From: Lingula anatina
Taxonomy: Eukaryota > Animalia > Brachiopoda
DNA: 64,000 nt
Assembly (NCBI GenBank): GCA_051362555.1
Contig: CM120647.1
Span: 13,306,651 to 13,370,650 of the forward strand
Reading direction: 5' to 3'
Below the pieces are notes generated by a model. The model made no database searches. It was given only the letters and a program-made list of their open reading frames with translations, and was not told the DNA's origin. Numbering within the stretch: position 1 is the first letter of the stretch; each line of letters begins with the position of its first letter. Shown here one piece after another: positions 47,317 through 60,209 of this stretch. Both the position numbers and the translations under genes were made by a program.

Positions 47317-47603
47317 GCTGCGACATAAAAAATTATCTTGATTAATATACCCGATGTAGCAGCCTTGGGATAAAAAGAATTTTGTTCATTTTAAGGAAAA
47401 AGACCAAAAACCACCGTATAGGCAATGCCCTGTGCAAAAGCGTTACGGCTATACAGTAACTATAAACTCAGTACAGCGTCTCAGTTTATTTCTTGCGATC
47501 CTTGCAATAAGACAGACTTTGCTGTTTAATTTATTACTTCTTCGTGAATAAAATAAATGAACGTAAATGATGTCCGACTCAGTTCGCTGCTATACTAAGT
47601 ATG

Positions 47604-47707
<104 letters not shown>

Positions 47708-48940
47708 GTGGAACATCGCTTTTTTTAAGTGGGTTTGGCCATATTTAGTGTTCGGATCATGTTCTGAATACGCTCTAAGACCACCATGTCTTCATGACAC
47801 TTCAGAATCTGGCACTTTTATTCAAGGGGTTTTATTATTTCGTTATGAGTGAAATGGGGCCATTCGCAGGATAAATAGGCATGGAGATGCGACTTTGGGA
47901 AATGTTCAGACGCGTACAGAAAATATTAAAAAAATATCAGATGTAGCCCTTTACAATAAAGGAAACATCAAACAATTTTAACGTGTTATCAAATACATTT
48001 ATTAGAACCAGATTAACATTGATAACCATGCATAATCACATTTCAATCAGTTAAAAACACAATTCATCCCCTTGATTGCCATGCTTTTAATTGTTGACAT
48101 TAGAGGCGGTATTGGCGATTTTGAAAGTTTACCGGTAATATCATACACGAGCTGGAGTGGAGAGGTACAACACCGTCTGAACCAAACCTGTTTATAGACT
48201 AGGTCTTTGGAGGAGACACTCTGACTGCAGGAAAACATCGCCATGAGAGCATTTTCTATCTAGAACATATTTACCAGCAGAACACATTGGGAAAGTTACG
48301 TAGTACATGAATATAAAACTGCACTTGATCTACTTGAGGTAACACGTAAACTAGGGGAGCACACAGTTGATGAGTTAAGTGCAATCAAACGGTCTACTTT
48401 CTGAAAATAGTTTTAAAACAACTTTAGTTAAAAGGGTGTTGTATACACCCCCACTCGAAGTATTATTTGGGGCAAGCCTTTTGAATAAAAAAAAAATCTG
48501 AAAAAGCAACTTTAATTATTATACATCTGTGGTCCCCAGAAAACTAAAAATACTTCAGTCCACCAAAAACATAAAAGATCTCAAGCCTGTGAGTGGTATT
48601 TCATCAAATGCCTTCAGCCGATTATTACAGAGTTATTGGGTCTTAATTCATTCTTGAATATACATATTTAAACAGCACCTTTGTTCTGATTAGTTCTCTC
48701 CACAATTACAAAACTCACTTCAAAGTAGATTTATAAAGTTGATTTTGATTATGTATTCTGTGTCCAGTGTTGAAAAATCTCACAAACCTTGCTGAAGCCA
48801 CATAGCAGAATATTAACTAAAAACCCTGACCTTCTAAACTGCTGGGCTCATCTCACATCCCTTGGCATTAAAAAAAAAAAAAGATTAAAGGACCCAAGTT
48901 TAAATCTACATCCAGTTAATCTGTGCTAGAAGTTTTCTTA

Positions 48941-50970
48941 TCATCTCCCATTTTTCATCCATGACCAAATTTTCCACACCAAATAAACTGATGCTAAGGA
49001 ACAGTATATGATTTCTCTTTGTACTCGTCTTTGATCGCTGTTTTCCAATTGCATAATTCTCCGAGTTAGCTTTGTCACATGGCGCCGTAAGACTATTCTT
49101 TCATCTTCTTCTTCAAGCTCCACTAAAGAATCGTTAATACCTCCTGGAGAGTATGGAGGTACTTGAAGAGCGCTGAAGAAAAAAACAGGACAAATATTGA
49201 ATAAAAGATTGAAAAATGTCCTATTGTCTAAATTAAAATGGCAATTTAGATGTAAGGTTACCCGAGATGCATAAAACATTCATTAATCATAAAAGAAACA
49301 TTAAAGAAAAAGTAAAATACAACAATAATTTTAACAATCAGTGAATAAAGCTATAGAAAGAACACAAAATCTTGATTTCTAAATTTCAAATAATAAGTAT
49401 AATACTACAACTAAGAGTGCATTCCCAGAGATTTAGATCGATCCAGAGATTTAGATCTGGATCAACCTAACTCCCTGGGGGTTCATGCTAAATTGCAGTC
49501 AGCCTAGCGCGCACGACAGTTAATTACCACCTTACAGCTTTTAGTAGGCGGGACAGATGCTTAAGCCGGCTAAGCTGACAGTAATCTAGTGAGACTCCCC
49601 ACAGGGATAGATCGATCTAAAATCTGTGGGAATGGGGTCTAATACTATTAATAACAAAAACTAAAGAAATAAAGGTAAATAATTAAGTTACAACATTCCA
49701 TTTGAACACATTTAATTTTTTATCGAATCAAATAAGAGAACACATACACTAATAAAAAAAAAACTAATAAACATCATAAAACACATAATGCCCACTAACT
49801 CCAATGTATGCTGTCCCTGAGCTGACATATCCAACATCAAGGTTGTATTATGTGACCTTGACCCATGATCTCCAGTCCCGCCCTCCTCCCTCTCTTCCTC
49901 CTCCTCCTCCTCAATGATGGGGAACCCGCTTTCCTCTACGGTCAAGACGCGAGGGGGCGTGGTCAGTCCCACGTAATGTGAGGTCTGGTCAGTTTGGTTC
50001 AGCACGTCCAAGTCCAGGGGGCGTGGCTCCTGCTTCATACCTATGTGTTGGTTGTGTCCTGTTTGTGCAGGAAAAAAAAAAAAAAAAGACAAACAATAAA
50101 AATTTGAATAAATAACAATTCAAGTATGAAAGGATGTCTATCTGTTCACCGGGGTGGATCCAGAGAAATTTTCTGATTGTCTTCCAAATTATCTTTGTTT
50201 ACCAATCCTCCAGTTTTGGCCGTCTTCAGAAAAAAAATCATTATTCCCATCAATGTTAACTATAGTTCTATTCTATGCAATTAAACCACCACAAGTGCTA
50301 CACAGAGATGTAATTTTTGCGATCCTAAAAGTATGTATCTGAAAGTTTAATAATTTTGGCACATTGAAAAGATCCAGTTACTACCTTAACCTGCAAACAC
50401 CCGAATTTTACCTGCAATGACAATTCTGTCTGGCACTTTCATTGCGTGCCTGACATCTCTGTGGGGGTCCTCATTGTTCTCTTGGTAAGTAGGGTATCCA
50501 GACTGAGGCTGCGGGTGCATCTGGATTCTGTCAGGAACCTGTAGGGAATGTTTGAGTGAAAGTAAGTGGTGGAGAGAGAGAGAAAGAGATACTATCATGA
50601 AAACTTTTTAAGTTTCACTAACATTTGCTAAGATTTTAAGAATTTACACCAGAAATATCTAGTTGACAGCATGTCTTTATTCTAAATTACATGCAGTTTT
50701 AGCCTAAAATTAGGGTTATCATCATAACACTTCAACTGGAAGATTCCTTTTGATACACAACTAAGATAGGTGAATCCTAAAAGGCCCATGGTTTTACCCA
50801 AATTGATTTTAAATTACTTGTGACACAGAAGTTCAGAGACAAAGTTGATATTTGTAAGGGTTTACCTGCATCTTGTTGCTAATCTCTGCCGTGAACTGAG
50901 GGTCGTATGACAAAGGTGCCTCATCCTCATACTCCGAGGGCATGTGATACTGTGTGCTGGCTGTGGACAT
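48941..50970 (-). CDS. MFF: Mitochondrial fission factor, 240 aa. Exons 50970-50866, 50538-50412, 50058-49800, 49172-48941; probable non-coding first exon ending at 51786
   Basis: YDPQFTAEISNKMQVPDRI and MKVPDRIVIAG repeats, LTTPPRVLTV, coiled coil LRRHVTKLTRRIMQLE, C-terminal anchor REIIYCSLASVYLVWKIWSW. Confidence 0.92.
49415..49639. mobile_element. Harbinger-like MITE with TAA TSD in an MFF intron
   Basis: TAA-gagtgcattcccagagatttagatcgatc ... gatcgatctaaaatctgtgggaatggggtc-TAA. Confidence 0.7.
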
Positions 50971-51785
50971 GGTCACCGGGTTCACTCTGCTGAAAATACA
51001 GTCTATGTGTAGAATAAAACATGTTTAAAATAAGTTATAAGCAGCCTTTTACTGATAGATTCATAACGAAAGATCACCCAAACTGACTTGAGATTCTTTG
51101 TGACATGAAAAGCTGGGTCTATACTGAGTACATGTGTCAGTGCTCTGAATTCACTCTGCTGAAGTAGATATGTGTAACCAACGTCATTACTTATGAGACT
51201 AATGTTTCGTGTACAATGTACTACAATACAACTACAACAGGTATATATAAGCCAGGGACACTGCAATATTGTCCACTTCTTACTCAGCTGATTCTGCATG
51301 CATGTGTGTGTATTTCAAAACAAATACAGGCTCATACGTGTGTGTGTGTGTGATGACTATGCAACCTGATGAGTCAGTGTCACTTATAGTTACGTCTGTT
51401 GTTGACTGCATTGGTAGTCAATAGTTGATATGGTTGACTTCAATCGTTATATTGACTATACTGACAGTGATAATGGGACAAACAGAATCAGCGTCTTTCA
51501 CAGTTAAGATGGCTCGTAAGATCGATGTACCGGTACATCTGCCTTTAAACTGCTTTTAAGAAAACACTGTATATGAAAGCTGCTACACTTGATGCACGTA
51601 CGAACTACTGAAAGAAACTTTAGTTGTTGTCATTTGCCGTGGACTCGCTCAATGACACAAACTGACACCGACTTCAAGTCTCAACGCCAAGGGTCAACGC
51701 AACTTCAAGCACGTATTTCAAGACCGATTTAAACCACCAAGTTCCTTGGAGTATGCGGCAACATTGCTGCTTAAATACCCATTAC

Positions 51786-52218
51786 CTTGTATAGATGTAG
51801 TTTCCAAGTGATCTTTACTTCATAAATAATGCTGCATTTTAAGGAATTTTTTGAGATAATTATTCTTCCTGAAGTGAATCTTACTGTGCACATGAAATGA
51901 TGACGTCACACGTTTGTGAGTACACATGCGGAAGCGGGAATTGTGAGTTGTTTGTCAGTAGCTCGTCTATAATTTTGTTTCTGTAGGGAGCTTTTCAAAA
52001 TTCAGAGAACTAAATAGATTAGCTTTTGAAAATTGCATTTGAACTGAAACAATACAAATAGCAATAGCGAAGGATATTGCCTCCAGATGATGAAATTAGC
52101 TTGAAAAATTACACGTACCCCAGCACCGACCAAGTGAGTCAAACATTCGTTTATTTATTGTTTTACATATGTTTATTTACCGAGAGACCTGTGCATCAAT
52201 TTCACATTGGGTAGTGGC
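51786..52218. promoter_or_regulatory. Putative bidirectional promoter region shared by MFF and REC114
   Basis: Head-to-head genes; CRE palindrome TGACGTCA at 51901-51908 and ETS-like CGGAAG at 51929-51934. Confidence 0.6.
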
Positions 52219-54028
52219 ATGGCTGCCTTGAAACCGTCGACTGACCATTATTCCCTGTTGAAATATGCCAGGTGAGTGATAGTCTGATACCCCCCCCCCC
52301 CCCCAATATGCCGATAAACTTTAGTTTAACACATTCATGGAAAAAAAAAAATACTTGCAGGTCCTCTGGCATTTAATGACCTGTGAAACGGACACTTTCC
52401 TCATGTATTATTGACAAAATGGCTTAGTATTGGTTAAATACTAGCTGTATCGATAATTAACTATTGAAATTAAGACACAGTTTGAAACTTTCACAAATAA
52501 AATATTGCTTATTCTGTAAATATTACATATGTAGTTATTAAAATAGACTCAGAGCATAAAGCAGCATATCTGTGAGTAGGGATGTGTTAACCTGAAGCAT
52601 GTCTTAGGTTTTGAGGTGGTCGTGTGCAAGACACATTCATATTTCTCTGTATTCTTGTTTTTCTTCCTATAGATATGTCAATTCTGCTGCTGATAATGGG
52701 GCAAAACCTCAATACTCAAGACAGAATGAGACCATGGAGTGGAAAGTGTGTACTCTTAGTGGCAAAATAAATTACTCACTTACAAATAGTTTTCCATGTA
52801 TACTAATAAAAACACCAGATTAACTTGTATACTGGAGCAAAGAGTAATATATAGCCAAGAGCATTGGTATATACTGTAACAGTTTTGCTTGAGATAATTA
52901 ATTTGCTAATTTGCTTACTGAAAACAATCACATTTTGCATGTGCAGTACATGTACCTGTATGTGTTTTGGTGTCTTTGTGAAAGTCAAATTTACTAATTT
53001 CCTGTGTTTTTTTTCAAGTAGATATGTTCTTTTGGTATCTGTATCATTATTCTTTCATTTCTTTTTTATTTTGCTTCAGTTGCAGATGGCATCCAGTTGT
53101 CACTACAGCTTTTTACTGTAAGCCAGTTTTTGTTTTTTAGCATATTATTTACTTAATTGTCTATTTATTTTTATTTAATAAAAAAGGGAAGTTTGAGATA
53201 AAAAGGATGAGTGTAATTTAAACTATTTACTCAATAATATAGAAGATATATTAAAGTTTTATAAAAAAAATAAGAAGATGAAGAGCAGTTGTCAAAGAGG
53301 TTTAGAAAAAGACTCGGAACAGCCATAGCATGAGTTTCAGATTTTTACAACTTTCCAAGAACATTTAATGGTTTATGAACAGTGATATAAATTTTCAGTA
53401 AACTGAAACTCGAGATGATATTTGATTGTGTGTTGTAAGACCACGTTCTTGTTTGTTTTCAAATTGTATTTGATCCAAGACGTTGTAATCATTGCAGTAT
53501 TATGAAGCAACAGATGAAAACCCACTGACCCTGACCTTGACAGAGAGTCAACAGTTTGTGATATCATATGGAAACAAAATTATGGTGAGTTAGTTAGTAC
53601 ATACAACATTGTTAAAGGACCAGCATATTGTCTTTTTACTTATTTAAATAAGATGTTTGAATGTGAGAAATAATGGATAGTATCTTTGTTCTTCCTGTCC
53701 CTTCCCTTCATGGTTCACAATAAAAACCAGTGGAAAGCAAAACAATATTTTTCATGCAGAAGAAAAAGGTGTCTAAAGTATCTTCCCACTCGTTCATACG
53801 TGTACCACCCTCTCTGCCACCTTAGTAAAAAATTTAACTCTGCTAATTTTCCATAAATTTTCTCTCTGTCACTTTCTCTCCATCCACCTGTCTCTTTCTC
53901 TCTCTCAATCTCTCTCTCTCTCTCTCTCTGAGTCTCTCATTTAATACACTTGGTAACAGTTAAAGACCCCACACCTCTTTCCCCCTCTCTGTCTACACGT
54001 CCCTCCCCCCCTCTCTCTCTCTCTCCAC

Positions 54029-54074
<46 letters not shown>

Positions 54075-54140
54075 ATTCACTTGGTAACAGTTTCAATCCC
54101 CACACCTCTATCTCCCCCTCTCTGTCCACACCTCCTCCCT

Positions 54141-54178
<38 letters not shown>

Positions 54179-55815
54179 ATTCACTTAGTAGCTGTATAAA
54201 TCCCCACCTCTCTCTCCCTCTCTCTCATTTAATTCACTTGGTACCAGTGCAGTGTCAAACCCCCATGCATTTCAGGAGAGCCACTACCTGGTGGGCAGTT
54301 ACACCTGGCTGAGGGGAGTGTGTAAGGGGGACAGTATGATGATCCTGTGTAAAATACAGGTAATTAACATTTATCAGTGAAACACTTTATTATTTGTACA
54401 ATTTAATCAATATATTTAATTGAAATTAATTAAATGAAATTGTAGTTTTCTCAGTTATATTTATTTCTTTGATTCATACCTATGTTTTTTAATGTCCAGT
54501 TTTAAGTGGGTAGGAACGAGGTGCAATTTTGGCAGTAATAATAATATTAATAATAATTTTGTTGAGAAAAGATCAAGCACTGACTAGCCCCCAATCTTTA
54601 TATTTTTAATATGCACAAATATAATATGTCTAATGCTTAAACCCTTATTGAATTTTGAAATTTACAGAATGAGAGTCGCAAGTTCCGGCTGAAGTTTTCA
54701 GGCACAGAACTGTGCAGCGGCACCCAGCAGTGTGCTAGCTGTACAGCAACACTGAGGAAATATTTCCCACTGAAGGCTGAGGGGGATCTTGAAGCAGTGA
54801 TGGCATTTGAGGTTTGTCACTTTGAGCTGCCTTGAGTACTAGAAATCACTAGAAATTGTCCTCCAGTTCTTCACTAAAATGCAGAAACCAAGAAAGCTGT
54901 TTTAAAGGGAGGGGTAGGTTTGCCAGTGTCCTCCTCTCTCGGCATTTTTTGGCCCGATTCCCTCTTTGTGGGAACCCAAAAAGCTGTTACATGTACTATT
55001 ACAGAGAACATGGTAGTACATTCTTGCTAGACTGTACTTGTGCGTGGTTGATATCACAAGGTGTCACACTCTAGGTAAAAAACTGTGAAGTCGAAAGGTT
55101 TCATACTATTATTTCCCTTCATTTCAGGAATGTATAGCAAAAGAAGACATGGATCAGGCCAGGAGTCTGGTGGGGGAAGTGTCAGTGGCTGACATGGCTA
55201 AGGTAACTGTCTATTATAAACTACATATATATATATATATAGCTGCAATAACCTCCAGCCCCCCCCCCCCCCGCCCCCCCCCCCCCCCCCGCCCCTGTAC
55301 AGATCCACTGAGTGGATGGAATGTTTGAAAACTTTTGTCTCTGTTGGAGTATTGCCCCCTGAACTTCATATCGCATGAACTTTATAAGATTGAATCATTC
55401 TTTGCATTGTGATGGTAATACAAAACCATTTTGAAATACAAAATGTTAAAAATATGAGTATAAAATAAATGTAAAATATTAATGAAAGGAATGTTACTGG
55501 TACAGTAATTCTTACTGCAGTATGCTGATATTAAAGTAAAGGTTGCGCTATCATGCTAAACATATTATTATTTTTATTATACCTTCAAAGATAACAAATA
55601 ATTTATTATAATAATAATATTCATTTTCCTTATGCCAGGCTCTCAGTGGAGAAATGTTTGCCAGCCTTCCTCTCTCCTATCACCATAGCAACATGCCTCA
55701 AGAGGAGCTGTCCACCATACTCCGCCTATGCCTGTCTGACAGTAGCTTCCCTGCATTTGTGGGAGAAGTTGAAGCAGAGCTCAAGAATATTGTGCAAAAC
55801 AACAAACATTCATAA
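52219..55815 (+). CDS. REC114: Meiotic recombination protein REC114, 230 aa. Exons 52219-52271, 52673-52745, 53498-53584, 54276-54359, 54668-54811, 55128-55202, 55639-55815
   Basis: Seven short exons join in frame. N-terminal YSLLKYARY...EWK, WLRGVCKGDSMMI, ESRKFRLKFSG...QCASCTATLRKY, and the C-terminal signature LPLSY...EELSTILRLCLSDSSFPAFVGEVEAELK match vertebrate REC114 as I recall it. Confidence 0.88.
53930..54245. repeat. CT-rich minisatellite (4 units with core ctctcatttaattcacttggta) in REC114 intron 3
   Basis: Core recurs at ~53933, ~54064, ~54168, ~54221, separated by (CT)n tracts. Confidence 0.85.
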
Positions 55816-56236
55816 AAATGTATCTTCAGGAGTTTGTGCAGTCGTTTTCTTTTTCTTTCTTTCTTTTTTTTTTTGGCTCCATGTTGACCACGTGACTATT
55901 GAGTAATTTTTGTTGTTTTAACAAAATTGTGAAGCAAAAGGACACTGGTTAGAAGAAACAAAGCAGACTTATCAAAAATGAATAAAAAAGTGAATAAATA
56001 AATAAAAAATAATAATAACATCTGTTACTAAAACTACCTGTAATAAAACGAAAATGTTTACATCATTTTGTGGTCTTTTTTTCCCCTCAAAAGTCTACCC
56101 TTTGCAGATTTCTTTTAAAACAATGTACACTTGAAATCAGCATTTTTGTAATAATAGGTTGTTTTACACCTCTAACTGAATTACAGTATGCTATTTTCCC
56201 TAACTTGTCATACTGGCACCTTTTGTATACTTGGTA

Positions 56237-56490
56237 CAGTGGCGGATTTGGGGGGGGGGGGGGGAGTTCAAGGGGGTCCTGACGCCCCTTCGACTTTAAA
56301 AAAATCACACCAATGGCCCCCTCTTAAAATTAGAATTTTGACTTGTTCAATCATATAGTTGTAACCCATGCCAAATGGCACCGTTCGCCTTCTAAAACGC
56401 CAAAATTTTTCAGGGCCCGAACCCTACGCCAAGGGGGCGGGAGAGGATTGGCCTCGCACCCGCAGACACCCCTTCCAATAATCCTGAGTG
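56237..56490. mobile_element. Degenerate MITE-like repeat related to 16747-17240
   Basis: CAGTGGCGGAT end; ccaaatggcaccgtt...aaaattttcagggcccg is the inverse of sequence near 16860-16905. Confidence 0.5.
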
Positions 56491-58406
56491 GATGAGAACA
56501 CAGCTGTTCACACCTTGGAGGTTTCGGATTTGAGTAGTCTATATGCTCTTTCAATTTTGACTTTGGAGTTGCTCCGGGTACTGTATGAACATATGAACAG
56601 TCTTGAGGCGCAGGGAGCCAAAATAGGAAGGGGGTGCATAAAAAGAAAAAAAAATACGGCTGGTAAAAGCAATAGAGGCAACGCGCCTTTTATAAAAAGT
56701 AAAACCTTTTGTCTGATAATCCAACCGAGAAAATAGCACATTATTGATGAAATTGCAATATGACAGGCAATAATTCCTCCGAGAAGATGTCATTTTTTTC
56801 TGCTGAACTCGGTTAATTAGCAGGTGGTATGACGTGGTGTTATATCTGAAGCTATACTGAATCAATTCAAGTTCGATCGGTTTCATTGATTTCCCGCTTG
56901 GAACGTTCCTAGTTAGATGACTTCATATGTTTTTATTTTCATTTTATTTTTGCACTGAGATAATTAACGTTTGGTTTCACCTTTGACGTTATAGAGCACG
57001 ATGACAGGGACAGCTGTTCACACTTAGGCGATTTTAGATTTGATTAGTACGTCTTTGCTCTTTAAGCGTTGACTGTGGAGTTGCCCTGAGACCCCCTTCG
57101 ATTTCTGAAAAAGTCACACCGATGGTCCCCTGCTGGTATATGTCAAAATACTAGCTAGTATTATTAGATTAAAAATATTTAAATAGATATAATTAAGAGA
57201 AGCTGTATAAATACTTTTGGCCTTTTTTTTTTTTTTTTTAGATAAATTCAATCGAATTATGTTGGTACATATGAGAGTATACGGCATACAAGATTTGTGC
57301 TACTATGGTGCAACGTATAAATGGTACATGTAGATGTTTTTAAAATTGCTTTCGTTTTCACTTTCACTTATCAATTTTCTTGAAACTACTACAATAATAT
57401 TAGTACAAAATACCGGTATAATGCATGCGTTTTTGACAAGTCATATAAAGTGGCCCATTGACAGGCCCGATATCAGTCTCGATCCTTTCATTCATCTAAC
57501 AAAACGTCTATATGCACAAAGGTGAGTGCCTGTTTCTTATATTTTTTCACATTTTAAATCAATTATTTTGTTACATCCTTAAGTTGGTACGTGGCGGTAA
57601 AGACAGTGTTATAAAACTGAGGGTTTTTGGGAAAGATGGACAGATAATATGACACGGTTTAACTAATTTAGGTAAGGAACTTTAATCCCAACGACAAATT
57701 GCCGCTAATTTCGCTTTCTTCCGTTGTTATTTTCATCACAAAAGAGTCGGGAGTTTTGTTGATCTGCGGAAACCACGCCTCCGGGAATTCCTGCCTCGTT
57801 TTGACATCGTTGAAAATTAGGTCAAACCCGCCATCTTTAGGGAATCCCTCTGCGTGGCAAATGTGAAATTTATGTAAAACGACACAAAATGTCCAGATAT
57901 CTTTCAGATCAGACGGGCAGAGGATGAGGCGTTTGCGTCAAGGTAAATGACTTAGTAATAGGGTATTTAGTTACATATATGCACTTATAAGTAGTGACAA
58001 ACAGTGGGGAGATGTTACGGAAATTTTGAGGTTCTCCAGGGGTACGTCAGTGTCGTCACTGCCACTCAACTACTCAATCGCAGGTACTTGAAAAAAAGAA
58101 AGATAGCTTACAAATAGTATGTTGTGCAGGTTTAAGGCATAAAATGCTGGAAACAGTACTTGTCTACGTGTCCAGGAATGACCTGCAACTGTATGATTGA
58201 GACTACGGTAGGGGATCGATGTTGGGTGAGACCCCCTCCCCCTCCCCCCCCCCCCCCAAAAAAAAAATAATAATAATAATAAATAAATAAATAAATAAAT
58301 TAAAAAAATGAAATAAATAAATGAATAATTTAATTAATACATATATTAATTGATTATAATAGGCAATAAATAAATAAATAAATATTGGAAAATGAATAAA
58401 TAAGAG

Positions 58407-59341
58407 CACGCTCGGCTGTCACCTTGATTGGATAGTAAACGATTGTCGTAAAATCGCTAAATGATATTAAAACCGGGTGCATAAACTTGAAAACCACCTA
58501 CAACAACCTTGGACTGCCACATTAATCCAATACAATGCAAACATAAACTATAACAAGTGGTTAAAGCCTTTAAACCGAATGTCGTAAAGTCCCCATATAC
58601 CTCCATAGAGACAATAAAATAGAATGAGCTTGTGAAACAAGAAAAATCCAGTTCCAACATAATAATCGAAATAAAATACTGCCGGGCATCGGAGCCCCCT
58701 AAAACTTGGCACGCTTACCGCTAATACTGCAGGCTACATCATCCCGTCGCTCGTTTGTAAATTCCGTGCATGGCATACGCACAATCAAACCGTAAAAAAC
58801 AAATTCTCGGGGTGTCGTTGGCCAGGTCCACTCTAACCTACCATTACGAAAAAGAAGCCATGCCATTGGACAATGCGACCTCTGCGGTTACGTCATTTCC
58901 TGAATTGGATTGTTGCGTGGACCTGGCCAACGACACCCCGAGAATTTTTTTTTTACGGTTTGATTGTGCGTATGCCATGCACGGAATTTACAAACGAGCG
59001 ACGGGATGATGTAGCCTGCAGTATTAGCGGTAAGCGTGCCAAGTTTTAGGGGGCTCCGATGCCCGGCAGTATTTTATTTCGATTATTATGTTGGAACTGG
59101 ATTTTTCTTGTTTCACAAGCTCATTCTATTTTATTGTCTCTATGGAGGTATATGGGGACTTTACGACATTCGGTTTGAAGGCTTTAACCACTTGTTATAG
59201 TTTATTTTTGCATTGTATTGGATTAATGTGGTGGTCCAAGGTTGTTGTAGGTGGTTTTCAAGTTTATGCACCCGGTTTTAATATCATTTAGCGATGTTAC
59301 GACAATCGTTTACTATCCAATCAAGGTGACAGCCGAGCGTG
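58407..59341. mobile_element. Foldback element, 935 bp: 425-bp inverted arms (58407-58831, 58917-59341), 85-bp spacer, 8-bp TSD AATAAGAG
   Basis: aataagag-CACGCTCGGCTGTCACC ... GGTGACAGCCGAGCGTG-aataagag; about 6 mismatches between arms by eye. Confidence 0.95.
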
Positions 59342-59476
59342 AATAAGAGTAAAAGAAAATAATTGTCTATTTTTTCTCCTCTCATATTGCAGAAACTGGA
59401 CATTAAGTGGACAACACTGGGCACAGAGACTGATTTATCTGACCCCGCCCCCTGTCTGCCCCACCCCTGAGCTGAA

Positions 59477-60141
59477 ATGAAGGTTGAGGTGGTGAGAACC
59501 CCCAGGAAATGGAGCTGTCTCGTCATCAATGTCCACATCAACATGTTCCTGTATGCTACTTGCTGGGCCATACAGACTAATACACTGCCGGTGAGACTGG
59601 GTTTTTTCGTTATTTTTGATTTTTGATTTTGATTATATACATGTACCAGGTCTGTAGCAATTTCTAAAGGGCATTCTTTTTCTGAAAAATTGGACCTTAT
59701 ACTATGAAACCTACTACGTGTACCTACTATATAGTAGATAAAGTTTTACCCAGAGGGGGCCTTTTCAGAGCCAAAAGGGGGGTTCTTTTGACCCCCATGA
59801 ACCCCCCTGGCTACAAGCCTGTGTACAGTATACATATTTGCATGACTGTACTGGTAGACATTTAAATTTAGAAACATTGAACTCTGTTTTGAACCTAACA
59901 GTTATTTCAGTGCATCTTGGCAATACAGTTTCACACACTGCTAGTGAGACTTGATTGTCATAGCTAGTATTTATTTTAACTTTATTACATTAGTATTTCT
60001 GTTGTAATAGGTTTTGAAATTCAGAAATTTCATTCTGTTTTGAACCTCGTTATTTCAGTGTATCTCTGTAAAATTGAAAATAATCAAATACATCATCACC
60101 AATGAGTTTTGATTGTCATTATAATCTGTTTCGATTCTGTA

Positions 60142-60209
<68 letters not shown>

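Noticed and set aside
55646-55906. 86-aa ORF as an independent gene
   Set aside because: It is an alternative frame over the last REC114 exon.
58457-59291. ORFs inside the foldback (58457-58660, 58770-59009, 59088-59291) and 27300-27512 as transposase or peptide genes
   Set aside because: Short, no recognisable motifs, and they recur only because the element is repeated and palindromic.
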